The translations under genes were made by a program, and so were the position numbers. Shown piece by piece: positions 12,898 through 26,540 of a stretch of 64,000 nt of DNA. This stretch comes from Octopus sinensis (taxonomy: Eukaryota): positions 109,244,001 to 109,308,000 of the forward strand of contig NC_043001.1 of NCBI RefSeq assembly GCF_006345805.1, written 5' to 3'. How positions within the stretch are numbered: position 1 is the stretch's first letter; every line of letters begins with the position of its first letter. A model generated the notes under the pieces. It was not told the DNA's origin and made no database searches. It was given only the letters and a program-made list of their open reading frames with translations.

Positions 12898-13793
12898 TAC
12901 ATACACACACACACATATATATATATATAATATAATATATATATATATATTAGGCTTGTATGAACTTGCGTGTGTTTGTATATGTATATACACGTCTTTT
13001 AGATATATAAAAATAGAAATACAATTATTCTCGTATATGAAAATTGCTATGAAAATATTTGTTATACGTTTTACCAATATTTTCAATATAAGTCCCATAC
13101 GATTGGCAACGATACAAAGAACAATGGAGAGTGGGAGAAGGCGAGAGGTGAGGGTAGAGGGAGGAAAGGAAAGAGAAGAAGATTGAGGAAGAGAGGGACG
13201 ACTTAAAGGAAACATATATGTAGATGGAGACGATGTTTTCATTATTTAGGTGTCATGTGGAAAACAAGTGTTGGCAACGATCTTTTTCTTCAGGACATAA
13301 CTAAAATGTTTTATCTCATTTTATATTTCTGATTTATGCTTTAAACGATACGTACATACAGACATACATATGAACATATATTTATAGTTATAGATACATA
13401 TAAATTTATGTGTCTATACATATGTATACACACACACACACACACAACACACACACATATATATATATATATATGCTTAGAGATATATACATCCATATAA
13501 ATATATATATATATGCATATATATATATACATATATATACATGCATACATACAAACAAACATGCATAAATACATATGGATAGCCAGACAGACGTAGCTGC
13601 ATATATATGAATATATATATACACACTTATATACGTATTTTTATACACATATATGTATTTATATACATATATGTGCGTGTGCGCGCACGTGTGCATACGT
13701 CTGTGCGTGTGTCCGTGCGTGTGTGTATATATTCATATCTATGCATACATATATATATATATATATTTAAATACAGATATATGTATATACATG

Positions 13794-13862
<69 letters not shown>

Positions 13863-14364
13863 ATCGAAAGGGAGAGAGTGAGAGAGAGGGGAGGGATAAG
13901 GAAGTGTGAACGGATCAGTATAGAATAAAAATAGAATTGTTTATTTTTTGGTAGCTAAAACTCTATTTGGATGAAGGAAACAAATAAAACAAATAAAACT
14001 AGGCACAAGAAATGCAATTTTAAAGATTGAGAAGAAACCAAAGCTGTTTAATTTTCCAGATTTCCAATGCTGTCAATTTATTTTACGATAAAACGAAACA
14101 ATATTTTTTGACCATTTCTATTTATAATGTTTTTGTTTTAAAGTAAAACAACGTTTACATGCATAGTGTACATGTAGATTGTTTTAGTATGTTTAACAGG
14201 TGTTATGAAACCCGAATAATTGATGAGATTTGTACGTGTTGACTTTGTCTGAAATAGTTTGCAATATTCCTTCATAAACTGACTTGTCGTTTTAAATTGA
14301 ACACTGCCACGAATGAATTATATAATAGCTTCTAATATTTTGAACGCTTAATCAAGACGGCAAT

Positions 14365-14800
14365 ATATTCTTTCCACAAGGCCCGAAATTTTGGGGAAAG
14401 GGGCCAGTCGATTAGATCGACACCAGTACGCAACTGGTACTTAATTTAGCGAATCCGAAACGATGAAAAGCAAAGTCGACCACGGCGAAATTTGAACGCA
14501 GAACGTAAAGACAGATGAAATACCACTAGCATTTCGTCTAGCATGCTAACGTTTCTGTTTGCTCGCCACCTTAAGGCGATAACATATTCTTTTCTACACT
14601 AGGCACACGGCCCGAAACTTTTGGGGAGGGGTCCAGTCGATTAGATTGACCCCAGTACGCAACTGGTTCTTAATTTATCGCCTCCGAAAGGATGAAAGGC
14701 AAAGTCGACCTCGGCGGAATTTGAACTCAGAACATAGCGGCAGACGAAATACCGCTAAACATTTCGCCCGGCGTGCTAACGTTCTTGCTAGCTCCCCGCC
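14365..14800 (-). mobile_element. Two tandem family B tRNA-derived SINEs
   Basis: Each carries the reverse complement of GGCGAGCTGGCAGAA.CGTTAGCACGCCGGGCGAAATG..GTTCTGAGTTCAAATTCCGCCGAGGTCGACTTTGCCTTTCATCC. Confidence 0.85.
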
Positions 14801-14857
14801 TTGAGGCGGTGACATGTTGAATCTATTTAATCTTAGCAGAGTTAGGGTTATAAATCC

Positions 14858-14941
14858 ACCATCGCCGCAGCCGCCACTACCACCACCGCAGCCGCCTCCA
14901 CCACCGCTGCAGCCGCCGCCACCACCTCCATCACCACCACC
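14858..14941. repeat. Degenerate (CCA/CCG)n trinucleotide tract
   Basis: Accounts for the poly-Pro stretch of ORF 14814-15071. Confidence 0.85.
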
Positions 14942-15253
14942 CCTCTACCAATTCAGGGACGATAGAACCTGTAGCCGAAGAAATAGAAAAAAAAAGACTT
15001 ACTTTATTACAAAATACAGACCCTTTTTTGAAAGCGTCTACAACAAACGACATATCCACCACGGCCTTTGAATAACACAAATACACACGCAAAAATTACA
15101 AATGAAACATTCAAGAGATTCCCAAGAATTCATTAAAAAACAGTCCCAGTCACTGCAATAATCCATAACGATCCAATCTTAGGTCACTTGACCATTTAAC
15201 ACCTTACTACTATCATACTACCTACATTCCTTCTTCATTCTGCCTTTTCTTTC

Positions 15254-15366
15254 ATCTTCTTCTTTTTCTTCTTCTTCTTCTTCTTCTTCTTCTTCTTCTT
15301 CTTCTTTTTCTTCTTCTTCTTTTTCTTCTTCTTCTTCTTCTTCTTCTTCTTCTTCTTCTTCTTCTT
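15254..15366. repeat. (CTT)n microsatellite
   Basis: Direct reading. Confidence 0.95.
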
Positions 15367-15643
15367 CCCTACAAAGAATTCACAACGACCTCCAACCCAC
15401 AAGAGTAAACAAGAAAGACAGAGATAAGCAGAAACAAGGAAAATGGCACTTGTATTTGAACACTATACAAATATTCTTTAAAAATCTTTAAAAAATTTTT
15501 CCAAAATTTAATGTATTCCATACTTACAGTTGAGAAAGTTTCAATGACCGAAACCGGTACTGAAATGATATTTATAAGCTTATTTTAGCATTTACTACCG
15601 TGACTTTTTCCATGTATATATAATATATATATATATAGATATA

Positions 15644-15674
<31 letters not shown>

Positions 15675-15957
15675 GTATATATATAAGAATTTTTTGCGTA
15701 ATGTGATACAAAACAGAGAGTGAGGTGGAGGAAAGACAATAGATGCAAGATATGTAGGGATAACCAAGGACCCATTTTAAACTCTGTTGGACTTTAGTCA
15801 TAAGGTATTGGAATCTTACATATATACCTTTCTGCCCAAAAAAGGTATCTACAACTTCAATATCCCTACATACTTTGCATCCATTTTCTTTCCTCCACTT
15901 CACTCTCTATTTTGTATCACATCTAAACTAACTATGACTTAACCATTTCCTAACACC

Positions 15958-16009
15958 GTCTCCGATCAAGGCATATAATTAATAAATATCCTGGAAACAG
16001 CTGTAAGAC
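15958..16009 (+). ncRNA. Degenerate minimal hammerhead motif
   Basis: GTCT-CCGATCA-AGG..CCTG-GAAA-CAGCTGT-A-AGAC. Stem I is 4 bp and stem III is the palindrome ACAGCTGT, but the core has two substitutions relative to CTGATGA. Confidence 0.55.
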
Positions 16010-16205
16010 TTTCTATCTATAAATATTCTAATATCTACTCATTACGCAAAAAATTCATATATACACACGCCGACATAGAACCATATTTGAACCCTTATTC
16101 GCAAAATTACCGAACCTGGAACTTAACTATGGTCTGTCTATAGCACTTATTCAGCATTACTTGACATCTTTGGGTCTCAATGGTACCATTACCTCTTATA
16201 ACCTA

Positions 16206-16256
<51 letters not shown>

Positions 16257-16945
16257 GTATGTAGTATGTATGTATGATATATATGCATGTATCTTCCTTT
16301 CCTTCTTTGTCTTTAACACTTCGTTCAGATACAAACACACACACACATATGCTCTCTTCCTCACTTTCACCTCATTCCCCACCTTCTTGTACTATCTAAT
16401 ATCTCCCCACCCTTATACACTCAATAATACTATAAAAAGACTCAAACTTCCTGCAAAAGTTAGTTCAATTTGAACCTTCACTAGAGTGGACGAAAGCGCT
16501 ATTATATGATATATGATTTATAAAAAACATATAACACACTAATAAATATCTGTAAATATGAAACCATCCAGATTTCTGAGTACTTCATTTTTTCTAATAT
16601 ATAATACCTGTACATCATTTCCAAACCTTCTAATATATATATATATATAATGATTCATCCCCTATACGCCTATTTAGTAATGAAATTTTACAAATATATT
16701 TTCTCAGCGAGATGTAATATACCTAATATTATGGGTAATACTACATGTACTTTTCATATTTTTTATATTGTGATGTAACTCTTTGGAATAACAATGCATG
16801 CAGCGGAAGAGAGCTTTAAACCATCTTTTATATCTATTATACACTGATGTAAGAACAGGTCGTTTATAAAGCTTGAAATACGTGTACCGCGACATCCTTT
16901 TTGTTCTGTTTTTGATCGTATTTGATATATATATATATATATTAT

Positions 16946-16996
<51 letters not shown>

Positions 16997-17160
16997 GTAT
17001 GTATATATGTCTGTATGTATATATAAATAATTTACAAAATTAGGGCAAAATAAAAATTCTAATGCCAAATATGCCGAAAAAAAAGACGAAAATTGCCAAT
17101 AACCATTATAATTTATGCGTCTCGAAACAAACCGATAGAAATTTCTAAAAATCCGTTATT

Positions 17161-17217
17161 ACCGTATTGGTCCCAATTTCGGGGTTAATTCATAAGAATT
17201 TTCCCTTCTTCAGCGAT
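17161..17217 (-). ncRNA. Minimal type I hammerhead motif in a short non-coding repeat
   Basis: Minus strand: ATCG-CTGAAGA-A-GGG..CCC-C-GAAA-TTGG-GA-CCAAT-A-CGGT. Core intact, stem I 4 bp, stem III 5 bp with a 2-nt loop. Confidence 0.72.
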
Positions 17218-18430
17218 AAATACGTGAGATATAAGTGAAATACTTACTCATATGTATGTATGTAAGTATGTATGTATGTCTGTATGTATGTATGTATGTA
17301 TGTATATATATGTATGTATGTATGTATATATAGGTTAGGTAGAGAGCAATCAGAAAAAAAACAGATAAAGGAAGGGGTATAACTTACGAATAGTTGCAGC
17401 ATTTTCAAGGTTAATGTCACACATGTATGAAAATACCAGTTGGAAGCCGTAGCATCAATGAACATACAGAGTAGTAACGCATTCTATGTCGTATAAACAG
17501 CAGTGAACACAGATGGAGCTATGGCTCCTATCATACTAAATGCATCCTTATTGTCCAATTACCTGATAAGTCTGAATTGATTGGAAAATATCCAGGGAAA
17601 AAGTAAATCAAATATTTTATAAAACAAATGTTTCGGTTTGCAAGGAAAAGCATGTATCGACTATAAGGTTTCTCGCTTCTTGCTAACAATTGAATCGGTT
17701 ATTGGTTTTCATGTAGAAAACGTCGGGTGGTCCAGCGACTTGTAAATCATGCTAATAGTTGAATGACTTTCAAGCGGCGGGTGATCATTTCTTCGCAGGA
17801 ACAGAATATTACAGATCAATTATATTCTGATCACATTCATATTTTGATCATCGGGTTGGCGTTTTAATATGGTTTGTTTTTCCTCTGCTAGACTATGATT
17901 ACAGTTAGAGTGTATCGCTACAGTCACATTTTTCACCGTTTCCTATTTTACTTACACAAGAACACACACATACACCCCCACATATACATTTATATATATA
18001 TGTGTGTGTATATATATATATATACATATACCAACACACGGGCATGCACAAGTGCGTGTTTATGTATATATATATATACGTTTATACAGATATATGCATG
18101 TATAAATATACATATATGTATATAAATATAAATATATATGTATATGTGTATATATATGTGTGTTTGTGTGTATACCTATACATGCAGTTAATATACACAT
18201 TTATATATCCACCTATACACACACACATGTATATGCATATATACATATATATATATATATTATATGTATGTATGTATATATGTCTGTAGGATATAAAGTA
18301 ATTTACAAAATTAGGGCAAAATAAAAATTCTAATGCCAAATATGCCGAAAAAAAAGACGAAAATTGCCAATAACCATTATAATTTATGCGTTCGAAACAA
18401 ACCGATAGAAATTTCTAAAAATCCGTTATT

Positions 18431-18487
18431 ACCGTATTGGTCCCATTTCGGGGTTAATTCATAAGAAATTTTTCCTTCTTCAGCGAT
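18431..18487 (-). ncRNA. Duplicate of the 17161-17217 hammerhead motif
   Basis: Same motif in the second tandem copy, with one T lost in stem III. Confidence 0.6.
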
Positions 18488-19497
18488 AAATACGTGAGAT
18501 ATAAGTGAAATACTTACTCATATGTATGTATGTAAGTATGTATGTATGTCTGTATGTATGTATGTATGTATATATATGTATGTATGTATGTAATATAGGT
18601 TAGGTAGTAGAGAGCAATCAGAAAAAAAACAGATAAGGAAGGGGTATAACTTACGCTAGTTGCAGCATTTTCAAGGTTAATGTCACACATGTATGAAAAT
18701 ACCAGTTGGAAGCCGTAGCATCAATGAACATACAGAGTAGTAGTAACGCATTCTATGTCGTATAAACAGCAGTGAACACAGATGGAGCTATGGCTCCTAT
18801 CATACTAATGCATCCTTATTGTCCAATTACCTGATAAGTCTGAATTGATTGGAAAATATCCAGGGAAAAAGTAAATCAAATATTTATAAAACAATGTTTC
18901 GGTTTGCAAGGAAAAGCATGTATCGACTATAAGGTTTCTCGCTTCTTGCTAACACTAGAATCGGTATTGGTTTTCATGTAGAAAACGTCGGGTGGTCCAG
19001 CGACTTGTAAATCATGCTACTAGTTGAATGACTTTCAAGCGGCGGGTGATCATTTCTTCGCAGGAACAGAAATTACAGATCAATTATATTCTGATCACAT
19101 CATATTTTGATCATTCGGGTTGGCGTTTTAATATGGTTTGTTTTTCCTCTGCTAGACTATGATTACGTTAGAGTGTATCGCTACAGTCACATTTTTCACG
19201 TTTCCTATTTTACTTACACAAGAAACACCACACTACACCCCCACATATACATTTATATATATATGTGTGTGTTATATATATATATACATATACCAACACA
19301 CGGGCATGCACAAGTGCGTGTTTATGTATATATATATATACGTTTATACAGATATATGCATGTATAATATACATATATGTATATAAATATAAATATATAT
19401 GTATATGTGTATATATATGTGTGTTTGTGTGTATACCTATACATGCAGTTAATATACACATTTATATATCCACCTATATACACACACATGTATATGC

Positions 19498-19561
<64 letters not shown>

Positions 19562-20030
19562 ACAGATACACGCACCTAGACACATCGAGACACATAAACA
19601 CACACGCGTACAGACACGTATACACACACGCACACAGACTCACACACAGATACACACACACGTCTGTAGATATCTATATATTTATATGCATATATACTCA
19701 TTAAGTGTAATTCACTGAAGAACCGAAAATACAGCAACTTTGATATAGATAAATCTATGTGCTGAAAGAATGCACATCGTATATAAAAGGAAATTATCGT
19801 GTTTGTAGCCTAAATACATAAAACGTTTCCACATGTAAGTCAAGAATGATAAATACTTCTAATCGTATATTAAGACACCGTTTCTTCTCAGTTCTCAAAA
19901 GCAACAACAAAACAAAGACAAAAATGTGGGTGACCACAGTTACATTTTGAAAACTTAGAACCAGAAATACACAATAGACTGATCATCGGAGAGTTGTTAC
20001 ATTACATGAAATATAGTCACAAGTTATGAA

Positions 20031-20725
20031 TATACTTTTCTACTCTAGGCATAAGGCCCGAAATTTTGGGGATGGGTTCAGTCGATTAGATCGACTCCAG
20101 TACACAGCTGGTACTTAATTTAATGACCTCGAAAGGATACATACATTTATATTTGTTTCTACTCTAGGAACACGGTCCGAAATTTTGGGGGAGGGAGCCA
20201 GTCAATTAGATCGACCCCAGAACGCAAATGTTACTTAATTTATCGACCCCGAAAAAATAAAACGCAAAGTTTACCGTGACGGAATTCGAAATCAGAACGT
20301 TTAGACAAAAGAAATACCAATTTTTTTACCACCCACACGGGGCTAAACATAGAAGGGACAAATAAGGACAGACAAGCGTATTAGGTCGATTACATCGACC
20401 CCAGTGCGTAACTGGTACTTAATTTATCGACCCCGAAAGGACGAAAGGCAAAGTCGACCTTGGCGAAAATTGAAATCAGAACGTAGCGGCAGACGAAATA
20501 CCTATTTCTATTTCTTTTCCAATCACAAGGGGCTAAACACATAGAGGACAAACGGATTAAGTCGATTATATCGACCCCAGAGCATAACTGGTACTTATTT
20601 AATCGACCTCGAAAGGATGAAAAGCAAAGTCGACCTCGGCGGAATTTGAACTCAGAACTCAGCGGCGGACAAAATACCACAAAGCATTTCACCCGTCGTG
20701 CTAACGTCTCTGCCAGCTCGCCGCC
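20031..20725 (-). mobile_element. Array of about four family B SINE units
   Basis: GTCGATTA.ATCGACCCCAG..AACTGGTACTTAATTTATCGACCCCGAAAGG repeats four times; the only full head is at 20660-20725. Confidence 0.85.
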
Positions 20726-21179
20726 CTATAAACCATTTATATTTTCACATCAATAGTAACAAGGCAGAAACGTAATAAATAAGTCCATTCTTTTATTTCG
20801 CAATGGACTGTTGCCATTCCAATGCTGCTCCCTGAAAATATGATATTTGTAGTATGGAGTTCAGACAGAAGGGGCTGGGATTTAGGTGTGCAGTAATAAA
20901 ATGAAATATCTATGAATTTCTCCCCGGCGTTCTACCGGTAACACTGCCATTAATATTTTGACGACAGGATATTAATTTGGTTAACCGGATTCTATTTTAC
21001 AATAGCAGTCTCCTCAGATCCTTTCACAATTGTAGTCATGTAAAGAGCGATCTTCAAGACGAGTCAGCTATGACTGCCTGACTTACACACACATACAGAC
21101 ACACACACTGGCATGCGCGCGCGCACACACAAACATAAGTATATATTCATATATAAAAGTGTGTACGTATATTACATAT

Positions 21180-22850
<1,671 letters not shown>

Positions 22851-23489
22851 TATGTGTGTGTGTGTGAATGCATATGTTGACACAGATATACAGATACATA
22901 GATATACTTGCACTTTTTCAACAAATTGTGTTTTTTCCTAACTTCCAATTCACCTTGCGTTATATATCATACACAATTAGAAAATTACGATCGTAAATGA
23001 ATTAAATATTTCCTACCATTGATCTATTCTTGATATTCTCAGAAACCGAGAGTGAGTTTAGTGGATTTGGTATATTATTTAGAATTTCAGAGGAAAAGAA
23101 TGTGTTTGCAGGTCAGTTGCGATGCTTGCATATCTATATATTTTCATTGAAATCTTTAAATATAAACGTTTAATATCTCTGGAATCTCATACCTTACTAC
23201 TGCCACGTATAGCCACGGCAGACAGAAAGAATAAGGTCGAAGCCGAAAATATGAGTTTACGGAACACCGAAACAACATTTATATATCACCTGATGAAACA
23301 CAACAAAACCTCATATTCTGGCAGAATGTCCCCCTGCTGTCTGTTTTAGTACGCTTTAGGTGGCATTGGTTTCTCTGATTTCTAGCCCTGTTGTGACGTG
23401 TGCTGCGGCCCTGAGAAGCGCTAACTACTCGCTTCCAGCTCGGTACATTGGGGAGCGCTCTGACGATCTAGGTGTGAGGGTTCTTTCTT

Positions 23490-23570
23490 CTCGTGGTCCC
23501 TGTGAGATTCGAACCCGGATTGCCGGCTCCAAAGTCGCAGGCCTAAAGAGTACGCTAATCTAGCACTCGC
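23490..23570 (-). other. tRNA-like (Gln-like) degenerate sequence downstream of the RLE ORF
   Basis: Minus strand GACTTTGGAGCCGGCAATCCGGGTTCGAATCTCACAGGGACCA has a B-box-like GGTTCGAATC and a 3' GGGACCA; the cloverleaf is imperfect and no 5' acceptor strand is found. Confidence 0.45.
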
Positions 23571-23589
23571 TTGAATTGGGGCAAATTAC

Positions 23590-24090
23590 ACATTATGTAG
23601 TTGGCCTTTGTTCCTCCCAGACCAGATCCAACTTGAGGCCTTCTCCGCCGTTTCTCCCATGGCCCTCAAGGTTCTAGTCCTGCTTCTCTCCAGAGATGGA
23701 AAGCTGTTTCATGAAGCTGTAGAAAGATGAACCCACAAATCACCTCGACTGCGTAGACTTTGGTTTTGAAACGCAGCGTCCCTCGGGTCTCTGGCCAAGT
23801 CGGCGTACTTTTCTGTCTTCTGGACATGGGCATCTTCACTCCTGGTTTTTCGTAAGGCACAGTGAGTTCGATCAGAGAGTTCGATCTGGGAGTGGAGCAC
23901 TATGTCGGATCTCGAGCCGGTCTTCTTGATGACCTCTGGATAGTCGTTCCACTCTGGGAGATCTGCAACGCACTCCCAGTCATCTACTTCACTCAGCATG
24001 CCTTGTCTGCAGGATCTGCGTGGGATGTTTGTAGTTGGCCAAGTTGTCTTGCCTCCTGCCGCATCAGTAGTACATAATAACATATATATC
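23590..24090 (-). mobile_element. 3' fragment of an RLE (HERO/NeSL-like) LINE
   Basis: Frameshifted translation: WECVADL..YPEVIKKTGSRSDIVLHS / LIELTVPYE / EDAHVQKTEKYADLARD / FKTKVYAVEVICGF / RAMGETAEKASSWIW, i.e. the PD-(D/E)xK-type C-terminus of RLE LINEs. Confidence 0.8.
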
Positions 24091-24340
24091 CTTAACAATC
24101 GTTTCAGGTAATTGTATTTGTATTGGGCGAACTAATACATATGGCCTCATCAGAGGTACATTAAGCGATTAAATAATTTTAGAATAGTTTTTAAATATCT
24201 TTAATATCTTTAATATATCTTTAAATATATATCTTTAAATATCATCAGAGGTACATTAAGCGATTAAAATAATTTTAGAATAGTTTTTAAATATCTTTAT
24301 AATAGAGTTTTATATTTAAGACTTCAGGAATTATCTACAC

Positions 24341-24606
24341 TATTTACATTATTTACATTTGACGGATGTAAATAATGGGCATATGGCGTAGTGGTTAAAA
24401 GCGCGGGCTACAAACCCCAAGATTCCGAGTTCGATTCCAAGCAGTGATCTGAACAACAACAACAACGTCAATAATAATATCGAACCCAAGTTCGAAATTT
24501 CCCCAAGACACCTGATGAAGGCTGCCGGGCATATCAGCCCAAATGTGGTGTTAACAACAAACAAGATGAGGACAAATATCCGTCAAATGTAAATGATGTA
24601 AATAAT
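24341..24606 (+). mobile_element. tRNA-headed SINE with an HHR-like tail and an inverted copy of its 3' end upstream
   Basis: A-box TGGCGTAGTGG (24384), B-box AGTTCGATTCC (24428), (AAC)n linker, ACAC-CTGATGA-A-GGCTG..CAGCC-CAAAT-GTG-GTGT (24508-24551). Inverted repeat 24341-24367 / 24578-24604 matches at 26 of 27 positions. Confidence 0.75.
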
Positions 24607-25877
24607 CTTTAAAATAGTTTTAAAATATTATAACACAGCGCGGCCGTAAAGTGCAGGATGAAAGTATCTGGTTTGATTTGGTGTGCACATTCTAAAGCCT
24701 CATACAAATCATTCGCACCACAAGATATAATCTAAATTTGACCTATTATTAGTACATTGTATAATGTAACATCCAGATGGCTACACATGTAGTATACCAT
24801 ATGTGATTTGTTAAGTAAGAACATCAAATATATATTTAAAGATGTGTAAATTAAATAAATGTTACTTAAATTACTTCAATAATCAAAGTTGAATAAATAA
24901 ATTTTTGCAGGTTGATAATATAAAAATCTTTTAGCGGAAAATCAAATTTCTGAATACTATGTATAATATCCAATTTATATTCTATTTAAAATTCGCACTT
25001 CCTATACTGTCTGCACAGCATGTGAGGTAATGGCAGTTTAGAAAGAAATAAACAAAAAACAATAAACAAGCAAAAATAAACAAAAAGCCAAACGTATACT
25101 GATGCACTTTCAAATATATTATTAATACTTTTTCTATATTTCTCAATTTACTTGAATATCGATAGTAAATGCATAGTTAATATGTTTTCACGAACTTTAA
25201 AAAAAAACAGTTTTAAGCATATTTAAAGAATCTTAAGCATTTTAATTCAAGTCTCATTTAAAATCAGTGATTTTAATTTCTCTATTGTTATTATATATAA
25301 TTGATTACAAACATGTAATGATATACACCGTTCAATATTATTTAGTGTATGTAAATTTCCTCGATAATATTAAGATAAGAGTATCTTCTTTGACGTTTAA
25401 TATCCTGACGTATATTCCAACGCACGTAATGAGAAAGATGCAAACATCTAACAGATTATTTTGATCCAGCAATTGAGTGGCACTCAGACGGTATACAAGA
25501 TAAAATATTACTGTATTTTCCGGCATACAATTCAAATGTTTCTGAGCAAAGTTTACAAGACGTTTTGGAGGACCAAAAGCTCTGTTTGAAATCCAGGATT
25601 TGGAAAGATATTGACGAAGTTCGATTATTTACATAACGTGTTTAATGCATATACTACGTCGGCTTGTAAGCGGGAAACCATGGTATAATGTTATACTGAC
25701 ATTAATCTTAATTACTGATATTAGTTCCTATCAGTTTGCTAAAAGGGAGAGACCCGGATGTGAATTCAGAACAAATTTACTAAATTTTAAATGTGCTTTA
25801 ATGGCAGGTACCATTGTAAAGCCAATAACAACAGTATTATGGTAAGGACCAGTGACTCGAAATATATCGAATTTGGG

Positions 25878-26010
25878 GATGGGTGATTGATTAAGAAGCT
25901 TGCTTTGCAGTCACGTATATTTCAGTTGAGTTCCACTGCGTGGCATCTTATACAAGTGTCTTTTAGTATAACTTCGTGCTGACCAGTGCCCTGCGAATAA
26001 ATTTGGTAGG
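25878..26010 (+). mobile_element. Degenerate family A SINE
   Basis: AAGAAGCTTGCTT..CCACTGCGTGGCATCTTATACAAGTGTCTT.. Confidence 0.6.
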
Positions 26011-26183
26011 ACCCTGCATGGATTTCTTTTAGATAATAGACAACTACAACCCCTCTTTTTCTCTCTAACACCTCGAACTCTATACCAAACTATATTTAAA
26101 GAACACTTCGATGAAAAAACGCCAGACATGTTTTTGACCCCCCTAAACTGTTTTTACTTCAATTTTTTTAGAACTTTTTACTG

Positions 26184-26224
26184 ATATCTGACAAGATGAG
26201 ATTAATCATCGAAACCGGTAATAT
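26184..26224 (+). ncRNA. Compact degenerate hammerhead motif
   Basis: ATAT-CTGACAA-GATG-AGATTAAT-CATC-GAAA-CCGGT-A-ATAT. Stems I and II are perfect 4 bp and stem III is the palindrome ACCGGT, but core G8 is replaced by A. Confidence 0.6.
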
Positions 26225-26363
26225 TTTCTTTATATAATTTTAAAATCATTTTATAGAATTCTTTCTTCAATTGAAACGTCTTAGATTTACTTCTCTACTA
26301 TTTCCACCTCCATATTTTATACATAAAAATTTGATTTGTATAAATCTCTAATAATTTTTCGAC

Positions 26364-26394
<31 letters not shown>

Positions 26395-26396
<2 letters not shown>

Positions 26397-26540
26397 TTGT
26401 ACTACAACTACTACTAAAGGATTTTGATAAGAGACCGATACGATAAGTAGTAGATTTAAAAAGTAAGTGTTGCCGTCGATTTGTTCGATTTAAAACGTCA
26501 CTCGCGTATGACTCCTGTTTAAACACTGAAGCCAATAAAC
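26395..26540 (+). mobile_element. Degenerate family C SINE module
   Basis: AAGAGACCGATACGATAAGTAGTAG..GTCGATTTGTTCGA, similar to 7030-7110. Confidence 0.55.

Larger units (their letters stand above)
14940..16060 (+). mobile_element. Degraded PLE remnant (linker-like fragment plus pLTR-like DNA with degenerate HHRs)
   Basis: Weak peptide similarity (KTYFITKYRP; RSNLRSL) to PLE post-RT linkers. Degenerate HHR at 15958-16009 and an HHR 3' half at 15550-15562. Local inverted repeat 15685-15762 versus 15861-15922 and 16040-16057. Confidence 0.45.
17000..19505. repeat. ~1.27-kb direct tandem duplication (two copies)
   Basis: TTTACAAAATTAGGGC at 17031 and 18302 (period 1271). The copies are colinear and differ mostly by 1-3 nt indels. 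Confidence 0.92.

Noticed and set aside
14814-15071. Poly-proline ORF as a host gene
   Set aside because: Explained by a (CCA/CCG)n tract adjoining a probable PLE remnant; no splice or domain support.
17350-17560. Minus-strand exon with a good GTAAGT donor
   Set aside because: Every frame from the candidate acceptors contains a stop, and no homology was recognised.
20031-20725. Regularly spaced repeats resembling a CRISPR array
   Set aside because: The units are ~180-bp SINE modules found dispersed throughout the window; there are no unique spacers or cas genes, and the context is eukaryotic.
20740-20850. Minus-strand terminal exon after TTTTCAG
   Set aside because: Only a very short peptide with no supporting upstream exon; indistinguishable from chance.
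23255-23305. CGAAAC...CTGATGA circularly permuted hammerhead
   Set aside because: No pairing found for stems I, II or III.
24377-24450. Functional tRNA gene
   Set aside because: A and B boxes are present but the acceptor and T stems do not pair properly, and it continues into a repeat body. The same applies to the other SINE heads.
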